64,000 nt of DNA from Lingula anatina. Its lineage: Eukaryota > Animalia > Brachiopoda. The notes beneath the pieces were generated by a model. It did no database searches. It saw only the letters and a list, made by a program, of their open reading frames with translations, and was not told the origin of the DNA. Every line of letters begins with the position of its first letter. The stretch's first letter is position 1. The position numbers were made by a program, and so were the translations under genes. Of this stretch, positions 1 through 13,309 are shown one piece after another. Location: assembly GCA_051362555.1 (NCBI GenBank), contig CM120640.1, positions 6,324,001-6,388,000 on the forward strand. Reading direction: 5' to 3'.

Positions 1-812
1 AATACAGCTTCAGTAGGCAAAGCAGTCTGTTTGGTAATTCTTACTGCCAGTTAAACAGTTTTTTTTGTGAAAATTTAATTTTTCACAAGATATGCTTGAA
101 GACCCGTGCTAGTCACATTTTCTGAAATCCATGATACGTATATTTTATTTTTTAAAATTGACGGTCTTAATGCTGTTAACCATTATGTAATATTGCATCA
201 GAATAGAAGAAAACACAATTTTGGGTGCTGCTGCCATGATGACCATTATGGGAAAACCATGTTACTTATGATTGCCAAACTTTCAAAAAAGAAATACAGG
301 ACTAAAATGCAGCCTGAGTTGGAAAAGTAGTCTAATTGGCTTCTTTTTCTGGAAGTTATACATTTTCAAAGTGTGAACTTGAACTCACATTTTACTTACA
401 TTGGTATTACCTGTTAAGCATAATTAAAATTTGATGTTGAATTTGCAGTTTAACATAATGTACTTTTGCATCAGAATTGACAGCCTATTTTGTGCATAGT
501 TGTTTCCTGTTTTTTGTCTGTACATTTGACAGCTTTGCTGCCTTGTTTAAAATCTGATCTTTCATAAAGGGTAAAATTTTCAGGTAATGATCCTTAATAT
601 TTTTATATGGATCAAATATAGAAAATATATTTTCTAGTACCATTTGGCAAAATAACCCCACATAATGATGCCTACATTATATTTCCAAATAAGATATGCC
701 TATCTGTGGAAAACAAAGACCTCCCATTTACGACAGCATCTGGTCAGGCTAACTCGTTACCACTTAACAGAGATATATGTGACTTTATGTGAAAAACATA
801 ATGAGACTGTAC

Positions 813-3800
813 CTGTGTTGCATACTAAGCACCTGTCCGCCCCCATTAGGCCCCTTGTTTTTCTCCCTCTCCATCCAGCCTGCGGTGGGTTTAAGTAACC
901 GAGAGGGATCACGCTTTACATCTACTTTGACCTACAGACATGCAATAATGAATCATTAAGATATCAAATAAAATATGCATCAATGTAGGGATTCAACTTA
1001 ACAACTGACCAATAGGATTTTGCCCAGGCAGATAAATGAAAAAAATTAACTGCATACATACTCATATAGTGCTAAATTTTAGGGTTACAAGTTCATTCCC
1101 TTATTTAATTATATAAAAAGTAAAACTGGCCAAACTAAAAACCTTCCTTATTATGCATTTGCTTACTTGGCTTTTTATTCTTTCCAGTCTTTCCTTCTTC
1201 TTTTTATCAGCCTCTTCTTTTGCCTTCTCCCTTGCCAATTTTTCTTCGAGAAATTTTTTATTCTAAAGGCAAAAAAAAAAAAGAATTCATAGACTATATA
1301 ATTCAAAAACATGGGCACTGCTTCTAAACTAAAAAAAAAAAAAACACATCTTGTATCTGACCAAAGATATAAACAAGTTATCTACTTAGCAGTAACATTT
1401 ACCAATTTTAGAATTTTCACCATGGACATGATAATGGTTGATACATTTTGACCACACAAGACTACACAAAAGAGTTAAGTTTTGATTACTCTCTGTTTCA
1501 ATCTTGGTAATTCCTTTGCTAATTGTTTTCTCTTAGCTTCTGCCTCTGCTTCTCTTTGAGCCATCTCTTCCAGTTTCAAAAAATCATCCACTTCATTCTT
1601 TTGTTGCTTATACTCCTGCACCATTGCTCGTAATTTTTCCTTCAAATAAAAAAGAAATTATTAATCAAAACAGCCAAAAATTATATTAACCAAGAAAGGG
1701 CAGTTTACATGAAAAATTTAAATTATAAGATGAAATAAAATATCAGTGTATAAGTAAATGATATTGTGCTTAAAATGTTCGTAAATTTCAGAACTTTACC
1801 TGACGTTCCTTTTCTCTATCCTCCTCAGCTTTTTTTGAAAGATCTTCTCTTAGTTTTCTTTCCTCTTCTTGTACCCTTTCCAACTCCTTTTGAACCTTTT
1901 ACATTAAAATAAAGATCCTTTTTATCTACAACACATATTAGAATAGATAGTTATTGCTGTGCATTATTTAATATTTACATACCTCTTGGACAAAAAAATT
2001 AAATGTAACTAAAATTTTACCATTAGAATATCAGAACAAATTCACAGAATGGTATAAGATTACTTTTAAGACATTTTAATGAAAATTCTACGAACCAACT
2101 CACCTTCCAGGCATTAAGCTTTTTAAATCTATCTTCTTTCTCTTTCTCTATTTTTTCTTGAAGTTTTAACATCCTTTCATCTTCTTCACTCTCACTCTCT
2201 TCCTCAGCCTGTGCCAGTACTTCCTTTTTCTCATGCTGAAATGACATTACAACTATATACTCTACATCACAACCATTACATCCTTAGTCAGCAAGGTTAC
2301 ATGTACTACATACCGCTGAAATTTCATAAATTAAAATTTCCACATATGTAAATATTTATCATTGAGAAGAAACTGCTTAATGCAATATATTCTTAGTTTT
2401 CAAACAGCACGTAAAGGCTTTCACAAAAACTAAGGAAAACATGGATTATCAAGTTGCTACCTACACCCATGACTTGTTAGTCTTTTAACCTTTCATTGTA
2501 ACAATACTGAAATATCTCAACATTTGATTCAAAACTCACTTCCTTCTTGACTCTCCATGACTGAATAGCATCTTTCTTCTTTTCATTTAATGAAGAATAT
2601 TCTTGATACCAGTTTTCATGTTCTCTCACTTGCTGCTCTGTCTTTGTTGGTAGTGCTGGGTAAAGTTCACGAATAAAAAGAGGCTTACCCTGGAATATAT
2701 AAATTTAAAATGCATTTCAAGTGAAAATAAGACAAATAAATGTGTTATTGTGATTTAAAAGCTCAAAAATTAACTTATAAATGATTACCTTGTGCTTATT
2801 TCTAAACTTCATGAATGTCTGGTGATCATATTCATCCCATCCTCCCCTGTGACCTCCTGTTTGCTGCAGAAATCTCTGGAACACAGTAGAAGTTCTTGCT
2901 TTAAAAAGATTATCATTTCCCATTTTTTTTATCATTTTCTAATACAAACATATTCAACTCTGATATAATTCAAACAAAATAAAAAAATATATCTTACAAC
3001 ATTTGTAAGAGTAAGCTGTCTAATTCCTTTTAAAAAGCCCACAACTACATATGAATAATAAAAAAAAAAAATACCCAACTCTAACAGTAGTTCAAAAATA
3101 CCATAATTATAACAATGGTGATAATAGTTGTATATATACTTCAAAAGCTGCCACTTCAGGAGGCAAATCTTTGGTAACATCCCTGGCACTGGCTAGGGGT
3201 TTGGGTCGTGCAGATCTTGGTGTGTCCAGATTAACAGGTCCAGCTTGGGACCAGGCCTCAAATCTTTTCTCCAAAGCTTGAATTTCTTGAGTAGTAGCTT
3301 TCTCCTCACGCATGAGCTCCTCATAGCTGTAATTAGTACAACATTTACTCAATTAAACAATTTTCCTTAAAATGAATACATAAAGTAAAATTTTATGAAC
3401 TAATATTTGTACTTATTTATTTATGAATGGTCAGGAATAGGCAACAAGTAATAAAAGCCTCAACACAACATTAAACACAATCTACTTCTAATTATTCTGT
3501 ACCTTTTGAGGATTTCTTGTACTTACTGTATTCTTTGTTCTTCTTTAAATGCACTGATTGTTTTCTCTATGTCCTCCATTATTATTTTCAATTTTTCTAC
3601 AACTAAAAAACAAGAAAAATAACTGAAAAATTCAAACAAGGAATGGAGCAATGAAGAAAAATACAGAAACTGTTCAATGTTCTCAATTATTATTATCATT
3701 GAAAGCAATGAAATAGGGCTTACATTCTGGTGTTGGTTTTACATCTTGCAGCTCATGGTGAAATTTCTTCACCATGCTTCTTATCTTATTTAGCTGTTGC

Positions 3801-4949
3801 TTCAATTTCACTTCTGAAAAACCATAATATGTTTCATTTACTGATACATATAATTAGTGTACTTATAATGAAACATGTCTCTTACTGCTCACAATATAAA
3901 TACAAGAATGCTTACATGTAACAGTCTCCATGATGGCATGTATATTCTAATGCCCAAAGGCTAAAATGCCTCTGAATTAAAATTGCAAAACTACAAATCT
4001 ATATATTTTACACATAATGATTTTCTATTCAAGAACTGAAAACAATATTCGCATACTCTCACTGGCGTGTTCATTAGTGAACTTCATATCCGCATCTTCT
4101 AGGTTGCTGAAGTCTTTTCTAAAGTCACTTCTTTTGCTGTACAGATGTGTAGACTTTTCTCTTTCCATATTTTTTATTCTGCAATGTTGCAAAACCATCA
4201 GATTAAATACTTTAAAAAGGGATATCATTTCAGTATTACAATAATATAGTTAATTGATGTTTCCAAGGATGTCTATCAACAAACATGATCAACTATAGAT
4301 TGAAATGTGGTCAGTCAAAGTGTCAATCAACATACATTTGTATCAACATTGAAGGCTGAACTTTTTCACGGATTATCATAATAAAGTCTGGGAATTATTA
4401 TCACATGCTATTCAGTAAAAACCTTTCATTAAATATTAAGCAGGGAATAACACAAAATATTGGGGTCAAAGCCAGATACATCATGTTAAGAAAAATGGCA
4501 TACTTATTTCACTACAAATACTAACTTTGTATTAAGCTGAAGTATTTCTTTTATCAATTCCATCTTCTTGCTATGGTCACCTTTCCCGCGTGAAGAATGT
4601 GGGGATCGATCACTGTCAAGGCCCTAGACAATAGTTAAAATATATTTACATTAAAGGCCGGAGGAAGAGCATAACACAACGTTTTGATTCCTTGGTCACT
4701 ATTAATCTATTTCAGGATTGAAATGTTAATGTTATAAATGAACAACAGCCAACACAAATTAAGAAAACTTGGACAAGTTCATTATTTGTCGACATTCCTC
4801 TCTGATTTTAACATAAATAAGATTTGGTTTTTGTTTATATATTTTTAAAATATATAGCCAATTTAAAGCTATTATTATTAGAAGCTTTAAAGAGAAGAAT
4901 AAATGCTGATACTTACATTTCGAACTTCCGCCCCTGTGGAAGCAGCCAT
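813..4949 (-). CDS. CCDC112: Coiled-coil domain-containing protein 112, multi-exon; last exon apparently lies left of the window
   Basis: Exon 1 4949-4917 (MAASTGAEVRN|gtaagt). Further GT-AG exons give IKNMEREKSTHLYSKRSDFRK, VKPTPE, YEELMREEKATTQEI, LPPEVAAFE/RFLQQTGGHRGGWDEYDHQTF and VKRDPSRLLKPTAGWMEREKNKGP (931-813), which I recognise as CCDC112 motifs. No terminal exon found in 1-812. Confidence 0.88.
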
Positions 4950-5161
4950 TTTCAAACAACTTCGCGGTAAATGGAATCTAAGGGGGTCGAATATTATTCT
5001 AGACACAATTTCATCATAAAAACAATAGATATATATTGTTTGTATTAATTTAATTATGAATAAAATAAAATATGTCCCGTAATATTGTTCTTTTATAAAC
5101 AGTAGTATTTGCAGTCTATCCTTTTTTCCAATCAAAACGCTACACGTCATTAACTTCCAAG
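4950..5161. promoter_or_regulatory. Putative bidirectional promoter CCDC112/NGLY1
   Basis: Divergent start codons separated by only 212 bp. YY1-like AAAATGGC overlaps the CCDC112 ATG; CRE-like ACGTCA lies just upstream of the NGLY1 ATG. Confidence 0.65.
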
Positions 5162-8100
5162 ATGTCGATTAGCCGGCGAAGGCTGTGTGTTGAGGAGCTA
5201 TTAAATAATCCTCCGAATACCTTTTTAGAGGCGTCTGATATACTTCTTAAGTTTGCCAACAATGTTTTGAATGATCCAGAAAACCCCAAATATCGCTCAA
5301 TTCGTGTCAGCAATCCGAAAGTGGAGCAGAAGTTACTGTTGGTCAGCGGTGGGATGGAGTGTCTGTTTGCAATGGGATTTCAGGAAGTGAGTTGTTCATT
5401 TCTGCAAAATATTTTGATGGGGTAAATACGTTTGTCGTCTGTGTATGGGGAGAGTCCGTGGGACAAAGTGGTGACTATTTCGTCAGAAAATTTAAAAAAA
5501 GGTTGTTGTTCCTTTGACAAATGGTTTTTCTTTTAAAAGGAAAACTGAAGATTAGTCCAGTCCAGGGATGGAAGTGGAATGTTGAATACAATGCAAAACC
5601 TTAAAATATAGGGGACAACACTGTACTAGTAGCAGTGCACACTTGCTCTTTGTTAGCTAAGGTATTAACTGATACACAATAATCTTTTTTGTTTATTTCT
5701 AGTCTGTATATAATTTTGTTCTATTAATTCTAATAAAGGATGGAGAATACCTCCGCCTTCCACGGAATGTCCTTCTTGATGAAATACGGAGTGTAAGAGA
5801 TGAGCTTCATGAGGTGAGACAACAGCAGGTTAATCAGCAAGGAGCTGGTCAGCCTAAGCCACAGCAGCCAACACCACAGACCACTCCACTTCAGACTCCT
5901 GCCTTTGATGTAGCCCTAATGGTATGTTGTATTTTTTAATGGCTACATTTGGATACAGACTGTTCAAATATAGCTTTGATTACTTATCAGAACAACTGCT
6001 TTATTATAGAATCTACAAAACAGCATATCTTTCTAATCATATGATTTTTAAAAAATGTATAATTTGAGGAAACCATACATTTTTCCTATATTGACAAACT
6101 TTGTGTGCTCAGTTTGCTTTGTTTTGTTTTGTTTGTTAGGCCAAAGAAATGACATTCTACAGCAAGTTGAAGTCAAGCTTTGATCATGTCCTTGTATATG
6201 AAGACCCAGCCCTTCAAGCCAAAGCAAGAGACTGTATGCCTTTACAGGAAATGAGAGCTGAGGCTCAAAAGAAGTTTGATGAACTCAGTGCCCACAGCAA
6301 AGCAATGGATAAACCTGTGGAAATTGATGTGAATGACATTCTGATATTAGAACTTGTAAACTGGTACAAAGATTTTTTCAGTTGGGTCAATGCACCAAAT
6401 TGCGATAGTTGTGGGGGTGCAACCCAAAATGCAGGGATGGCGGAACCAACTGCAGAGGATAGAAAATGGGGAGCTGGAAGAGTTGAGAATTACTGGTGTG
6501 GCACCTGTAGAAAGCATGTACGTTTTCCGCGTTACAATCATCCTGGGAAACTGCTGGAGACAAGGCGGGGCAGGTGTGGAGAGTATGCCAATTGTTTTAC
6601 CCTCTGCTGCAGAGCTGTAGGGTTTGAGGCCAGGTATGTTTTGGACTGGACAGATCATGTCTGGACAGAGGTTTACTCTCGGTCTCAGAAGCGCTGGCTG
6701 CACTGTGACACGTGTGAGAAAGGCTGTGACAAGCCATTGCTGTATGAGGTTGGCTGGGGCAAGAAACTGACCTATGTGATAGCATTCTCAAAGGATGATA
6801 TCCAGGATGTGACTTGGAGGTACACCAGGAACTTTCAGGAGATTCTCTCTCGGAGAAATGAGTGCAGGGAAAACTGGCTAGTCAATACCATCTTAGCTAT
6901 GAGAAAAGAGAGGCAGAAGCACCTTCCACCTGCCAGAATACAGGAGCTGGAACACAGAACCCTGGTTGAGCTGGTAGAATTTATGACGCCAAAGAAAGAA
7001 TTGAAAGAAGGGGAGGATGTTGGAAGGCAGTCAGGTTCTCTAGCATGGAGAATAGCCAGGGGTGAGGTAGGGGCACCACCAAAACTAAAGACCAACACAC
7101 CTGTGATATTTAAGCTGACTGATGTTGAAAAGGAGAAGAAACTGTTTCACCTAAAATACTGCTGTGCAAGCGATACATATATCAGGGTGTCTAATGACAG
7201 TGAAGAAGTAAAAGGTTGGCAAGCTGGTGTGTTTGAAGAGGACTCTGTCTTCAGGAAGGAGGAACATGATTGGAAGATGGTGTACCTTGCCAGACGTGAA
7301 GGTGCTGCTACATCTTCTATCACCTGGAAAGTGGACTGCACAGGTAAGTTGGAAAAAGATTGGGGAAAATAAATTTTATGGAGAATTTTGAGTAATGAGA
7401 ATATGCTTAGAACCAAAGTCCTATCTCGTGGAAAGTCATGAAGATTTATAAGTAACAAAGCTTCAGGAATGTGAATTGTTTTGCTTGAAATGAAAATTAC
7501 TATTAAGAATAGCCAAAGAAATTCTACCTGGTTGCTCTAACAATCCTTATTTCCACACTTACTCTTTTCTTGACCAGCAATCACAATCTCTGATTTTACC
7601 ATCAATTGGATCTGATAGCAATTGCTTAGAGACTTCTTTGGCATGATATTTTGATTCAAAATTTATGGCTAAAGTGTGCTATTTGGGAAATTATGTTAAT
7701 TACTGATTTCTTCAATGGGCAAAATTTTTCAATCTCTCAAATGCATCATTTTGGAATCATAAAAAGTTACAATTCTTTATATAGCATTTGTGGTGCTATT
7801 ACTGTATAGAATAGAACTATAGCCTGTTTTTCAATTTTGTTGCTACCCCTCATTAACAATGTTATATAATTTAAAGAATTTATTACCTAAAAAAAAGAGT
7901 ATCTGGAAGATTTTCAATTCTACATTGGAAAAATTAAGTTTTAACCGCAAGTTAGTGTGTAGACCATCCATCAAATCTCAGTGATTTGAGCAGCTGAGCT
8001 AAGAACTTTTTAAGTTTCAAGTGCTATATCCCTTTTTTTACTTGTTTGTTAGATTCAGGACTTTTAGTTGACACAGTCGAGGTTTTAGCAAGCAGCTGTG

Positions 8101-8590
8101 TGTATGAAGATGGCAAAATTTCCTGGAGACTTTGCGGAGACAATCAAATATGCATGCCTATAAAAGGTCAGTAGCAATGAGAAGATTTTTATCACCTGCA
8201 AATACAGTAAGTTATCATCCAATCTAGAATAAAAAAAACTGTGGTGATTAAAAGCACATGGCACATCTTTTGGATTCATCCAGAGCTGCTTATAGTTTTC
8301 CAAAACACTTGACTAAAAACATCCCAGACAAATGTTGACCGAATGTCCAGAGATTTTGCCCTGTTTATTATCATAACTAATGGATACTTATTATTCATTT
8401 TGTTATAGAGTCCAAGCGAACCCTGACAGATGACCTAAATGGCTGCAGGGAGCTAACTTTGACAGCAGAACTGAGCAAGGGACGAGGTGATGTAGCATGG
8501 CAGCACACACAGCTGTTCAGACAACAGAAAGATGAAGTACACAACTTCCCCTTTGAAATAGTTATCAAGCTAAAGAAGAAAGACGGTTGA
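5162..8590 (+). CDS. NGLY1: Peptide:N-glycanase (PUB + transglutaminase-like core + PAW), 5 coding exons, ~635 aa
   Basis: Exons 5162-5386, 5739-5921, 6140-7343, 8053-8166, 8409-8590 join in frame (1908 nt). PUB motif KYRSIRVSN; Zn-binding CxxC pairs; GRCGEYANC, DHVWTEV, WLHCD (Cys/His/Asp triad); C-terminal AWQHTQLFRQ. Confidence 0.97.
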
Positions 8591-9587
8591 TATGCTGGTT
8601 CATAATCATCTTTTTTTTATATGTAGAGACCTTGTAGGATATATATTGTGAGACTTTGTCTTCACCATCTTACATATACTACTTCACCCAGTACTTGCAG
8701 CACTGCAGTTCTTTACTTTAAATTCACTGGGAGGTTTTATATGATATTAGAATATACACCATTTAGAGTCAACACAATTGCAATATGTTCGAAACTTATC
8801 ACACATTTTGTGATATGGTTTGCAGGTATTTCTGTGATTCTAGTTCCACATCTGCCAAAGTAAATTTCAACTTTAGAGTCTTGAAATTCAGGTACTAGTA
8901 ATATTCTTGAACAGAGTCCAGGTGTATGAAAAATTTCTCTTCCTTTGAGGTTGAAGCAATTTTCCTGGCCCTTGCACACCAGGTAGATTTAATATAAATG
9001 AGGCAAATTTTTTTAATTAAAGGAACTAATCATTTTAATGTACTTAAAAAAACATGTTCATCAGTTGAATTCAAACTCTGTTAAAACTATTTACAAAAAT
9101 GATTTGATATTTTCATTTAGGGTATATCTTTTTCTTGAAATGATAATTGCTAAAAACTTCCAAAGATTCTTTACTTCCATGCATTGTCTGTGTGACTGTT
9201 TTTTTTTTTTTTTTTTACCTTACCACATTTCTTTTGACAGTTGTTAAGTTTCTGGGTATGTACCAGTTTTGCTGTCTAGTATTTAAAAATATGTTAAAAC
9301 CATCAGTGACAACAGACACATACAGTATTCAGGGAAGACAGAAGCCTTGTCTACATGTCAGCATTTTATTTTTAAATTCTTGCAAGAAAAATAAAGACAT
9401 CTATTACCACATACCAACAACAATTTATTATTGGATTTAATTTAGTAAAAACAGTAAATTTGCATCTGATAATATAACATTAAAAAGTAGTCAATTATGT
9501 AACAACACTTAGAAAAGTGAATATTTTATTTTTATCATATTAAGCAAAAGATTTCATTTTGACTGTGTTGTAATTCAGTAGTCCAAG

Positions 9588-9771
9588 AGGGCATTCCCAG
9601 AGATTTAGATCGAACTAACTAGATTGCAGTCAGGCGACCGCGCATGGAAGTTAATTACCCCCTTACAGCTTGTAGTAGGCGGGACAGACATTTAAGCCGG
9701 ATTATCTGACAGTAATCTAGTGAGACTCCCCACGGGGATAGATCGATCTAAAATCTATGAGAATGTGCCCT
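9588..9771. mobile_element. MITE, probably PIF/Harbinger-type
   Basis: Imperfect ~30-bp terminal inverted repeats (AGGGCATTCCCAGAGATTTAGATCGA / TCGATCTAAAATCTATGAGAATGTGCCCT), an inner IR (CTAGATTGCAGTCAG / CTGACAGTAATCTAG), and TAA on the right flank. Confidence 0.65.
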
Positions 9772-9871
9772 AAATCAGATTTTAATAATTTAATAAAAAT
9801 ACTTTGTGCAGAGTTTGTGATAGGTATTGATGCTGTACTAGTAGAATCAGATCAAACTAATCACAGCCATA

Positions 9872-9874
<3 letters not shown>

Positions 9875-9922
<48 letters not shown>
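9875..9922. repeat. (TA)n microsatellite
   Basis: Directly visible dinucleotide run. Confidence 0.95.
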
Positions 9923-9926
<4 letters not shown>

Positions 9927-10077
9927 TTTGCCTCTTAGGAAAATAAGTTGCTGGACCGAAAGCTCAGCCATCTTGAAAATTAGCTGGCTAGAATGCCTGC
10001 CGGGTGGGAAAACTTCTCTGCCCGTTCTGAAAGTTGTCTGCCCCAGGCAGACGGTCCAGCCTTAATTTCTAACACTG
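9922..10077. mobile_element. Degenerate hAT-like MITE
   Basis: Right end CTTAATTTCTAACACTG (CAGTGTT-type terminus), degenerate left end TAGTGTT, inner IR GCTGGACCG / CGGTCCAGC; lies between TA runs. Confidence 0.5.
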
Positions 10078-10424
10078 TAATATATATATATATTTAATGT
10101 TACAGGTCATTTCTTGTAGACAGGTCATTTTAGAATTTGTCATTTTAAAAGTATTTTTATCAGCAATTAAATGATTTTTTTCATAATAGCCGTTTTTCAT
10201 TACATTTTTCTCTTTCTGTCCTTAGATGACCTGATATTTAAGGACTCTTCAATGAACATGTAACCTGGCCAATGATGTGATAACTCAAGGAATGGTCATG
10301 AAAGGGTTCAACTAAAACTGGTTTATGCCCAATTTACAAAGGCACTTGATTACAATCCACCTCTCCACCTCTCCTTGAACTATTCAGTTGAAGATTATAC
10401 CAGTAGATGGAGTCACTGAGACCA

Positions 10425-10660
10425 TGTTTCTAGTCAAGTTGAGTTTTGCCCAACTTGGTATCAATCTATTCAGCAGGTTTTCTGGTAAAGTTTAGTCCAC
10501 TACAGGGAGTCAACCTTATGACACACAACTGCCTCACCAACACTGATGGTGAGTTCAACAACAGAGGGATTAGATTTCCCCTTTCGGTGAGCTAATCACA
10601 ATCAGATCATGCTGAGATTAGGGTTGTGCCGAAATTGGTTATCCAACTTCACTAGAAACA
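10425..10660. mobile_element. Old MITE with imperfect TIRs, just downstream of the Myb/SANT gene stop codon
   Basis: TGTTTCTAGTCAAGTTG ... CAACTTCACTAGAAACA inverted arms extending imperfectly to ~40 bp. Confidence 0.5.
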
Positions 10661-10730
10661 CAACTAAAAAGTTCTTTCTTGCAGTTCATCTTTAACTAAG
10701 TGAATTAGCTAAGTCTTGTGTGAGCAAGGT

Positions 10731-13309
10731 TTATGTGCTACTAAAAGCATTTCCAGTGCCACCAAGAGGATTAAGTACTATCTGTGGTGCATAAGCTCTG
10801 CTCTCCAATAAACTGATTTCCATTTTAAGCTTCTTGTTCATGAGCTGCATGTTTTCCATTTCTAAATCCAGTTTTCTTTTTTGTAACATGAGGACTTCAT
10901 ACTGAAGCTTGTTCATCGTCTCTTGGCTAACATCTAACTGGGAGTGTTCTACATTGGGATTGGAAGATGATGCATGGCAAACTGAAGTGGTGACTTGACT
11001 GAGAGAGTCTTGAACTCTGGATTGCTCTTTTGTACTATTAGCTGCCCTTGATGAATAGTCTGCTGGCTTGGAATGATTAACAAAACTTTTTGTTGTCTTT
11101 GGATGGTTATACTCTTCACTTGTGTGCTTATCTCTGCTGTGTGTACCCACATTTGGTGGAATAAAGTCTGCACTTTTTGACTGAGCACCTGTTGCTGCCG
11201 GCGCACTGGATACAGATAAACGAGAATCTACATTTGCTTCAGAGGATGTGCAGTCACTTGTTTGCTTTACTAAATTTCTTATGCTGCTGACAGATGGCAG
11301 ATTACACCTTGTATCCCAGGGACCCAGTGACGAGATTCGTGGAGACAGGGAGCTTGTCAAGGGAGTATTGTCCAAAAGCTTCTTTATGGAAGAAATTTGG
11401 GGTGGGCCATCTTGTTTTTCTTCTTCTGCATTGCTTCCTGTGTCTGTGTCTTTTTCGTAATCTGAAAAAAAAAGCAATTAGCTGTGTTAGATAATAGGAA
11501 AAGAATGTACCTGAACTAAAGAGAATTTAGCAAAGCTCTTGATAATTAACTTGAGCATACAAAAATATAGTGACAGATTTTTTTATGTTGGATTTATACT
11601 CTCTGATTATTTGTAAAATAAAAATGGTGTGAACTTACTTTCACATTCAACCTTCACCTCAATGACACTAGAATTGGAATCTTGGTTAGGCACAATGACA
11701 GGCAAACTCTGTTGTGTCGAAGCTGCTATTCCTTTATTTTGAGCTTCAATAAAGGCAGCAATCTCTCTCTTTGCTGTCTGTTTCAGATTTCGCCACTTGT
11801 CCTTGACCTCCTGTATGGTCCTTTTACTTTCACCAAGTGAGTTCACAGCCTCTGTGATCTCCCACATGATCTGGAGAAAAAAAACTAGGCAGCTTAAGTC
11901 AAATGTACATACCATACCTCAACAAAACCCAACTAGGATAGATCTGTTTTAAAATGTACAGTTATCCAGCCTCCTTGTCACCACTGGAAGCAACTAAAAA
12001 TTTACTTAAAAATCTCCCTTGTGCCAGCTAGCATTTGATCAGAATTTAGTGCTTTGAAAAAAATGCTTGACCTACGGACGTGGGATTTTCAACACGCACA
12101 CACAAACGGACCAAAAAAAAAAAAAAACAGCCTCGTGCCCTACAATATTTTAATACCTCTGCAAACCCTTGTAAATCCCTGAAACTCAGAGTGCGCTGCT
12201 ATTTCATACCGTTTTCCATGGGCAAAGACGAGGACTCAATATCTCTGCATGTTGAGTTCTACTGTAGGCAAGGCTAAGTCAATTATCGTCAGAACTCTAC
12301 ATCTGGATGTATCGTCATTTTTATATTATAAACAACAAATAGCAAAATGTATTTCGAGTAGGATTTTTTTCTCTCTGGCAGCTACATAAAGGCTTGAAAG
12401 TGGGACGCCTTGAGCACGCCACACGCACACGTGATCAGTTGTCCCCTCTAATGCATTATTTTAGTACGCATTTGAGTCGTGACCAAATAGGTACGAGTAC
12501 CACTGTAGAACGTGCTAAAATGGTACGTCTGGTGATGGACAAGAACGAAAAGAATGAATTTGTTAAGCAAAATTTGATTTCATAACATATTTAAATTACA
12601 TAAAGAAATTAGAAATAACCGCATTGGGGTAGTTAGGAATTATAGGGTGGCGTATTACTGATATTACGCCAGTGTAACGAACGTTACGCTCGTCAAATAC
12701 GCTGCTGTACATAAAGTCGGTTCCACACATTAAAATAACAGTACAGTTATCAAAATTACTCTCTTTAATTAGGTCATCATATGGCTCAACTTTGTGTTTT
12801 GCGCTTCAGATAATTATTTTAGCTTCCATTTGAAAATAATTCGGAACAAAGCTTTTATTTCATTTGACAGTTGCAAGTAGTGGAACAGAGCTTATACAAC
12901 TGAGACGTACCTATTATTGCAACGTACATATTTTAGCAAGACAAGTCTATTTCATCTATTTTTGGTTAATAGGCAATTCCTGATACGGCATTATTACACT
13001 ATAAATTCTTTAATAACAAACCTTTCGGTATAGAGATAAGACAAATATACAATTGTATATTTGCAAAAGATGAAAAAGAAAGTGCACATTTACCCGATGT
13101 TTGGCCAAGTTGGTCTCTTTATCTGTGTTTTTATCCAAAAGAATATGTATATGTTTCTCAACCTTTTTCATTATCATTGATGTCTCCAGGTGTGAAAAAT
13201 TCTGTTTCCTGCTCCTTCTCCTGTAGCAAGCATCTGGGCCATGGCCCTCCTCCATTCCAGAAACGTCGCTGCGAGGGGAACTGCAAGTTACAGTGGTTAG
13301 ACTAGACAT
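10731..13309 (-). CDS. Myb/SANT-like (MSANTD/NAIF1-type) DNA-binding protein with C-terminal coiled coil, 3 exons, ~392 aa
   Basis: Exons 13309-13094, 11870-11639, 11461-10731 are phase-compatible (1179 nt). RKQNFSxxE...WEITEAVNSLG..RTIQEVKDKWRNLK trihelix pattern, Ser/Thr-rich linker, heptad LQYEVLMLQKRKLDLEMENMQL. Confidence 0.85.

Noticed and set aside
6347-7458. Antisense and alternative-frame ORFs over NGLY1 exon 3
   Set aside because: Expected shadow ORFs of a long coding exon; no motifs.
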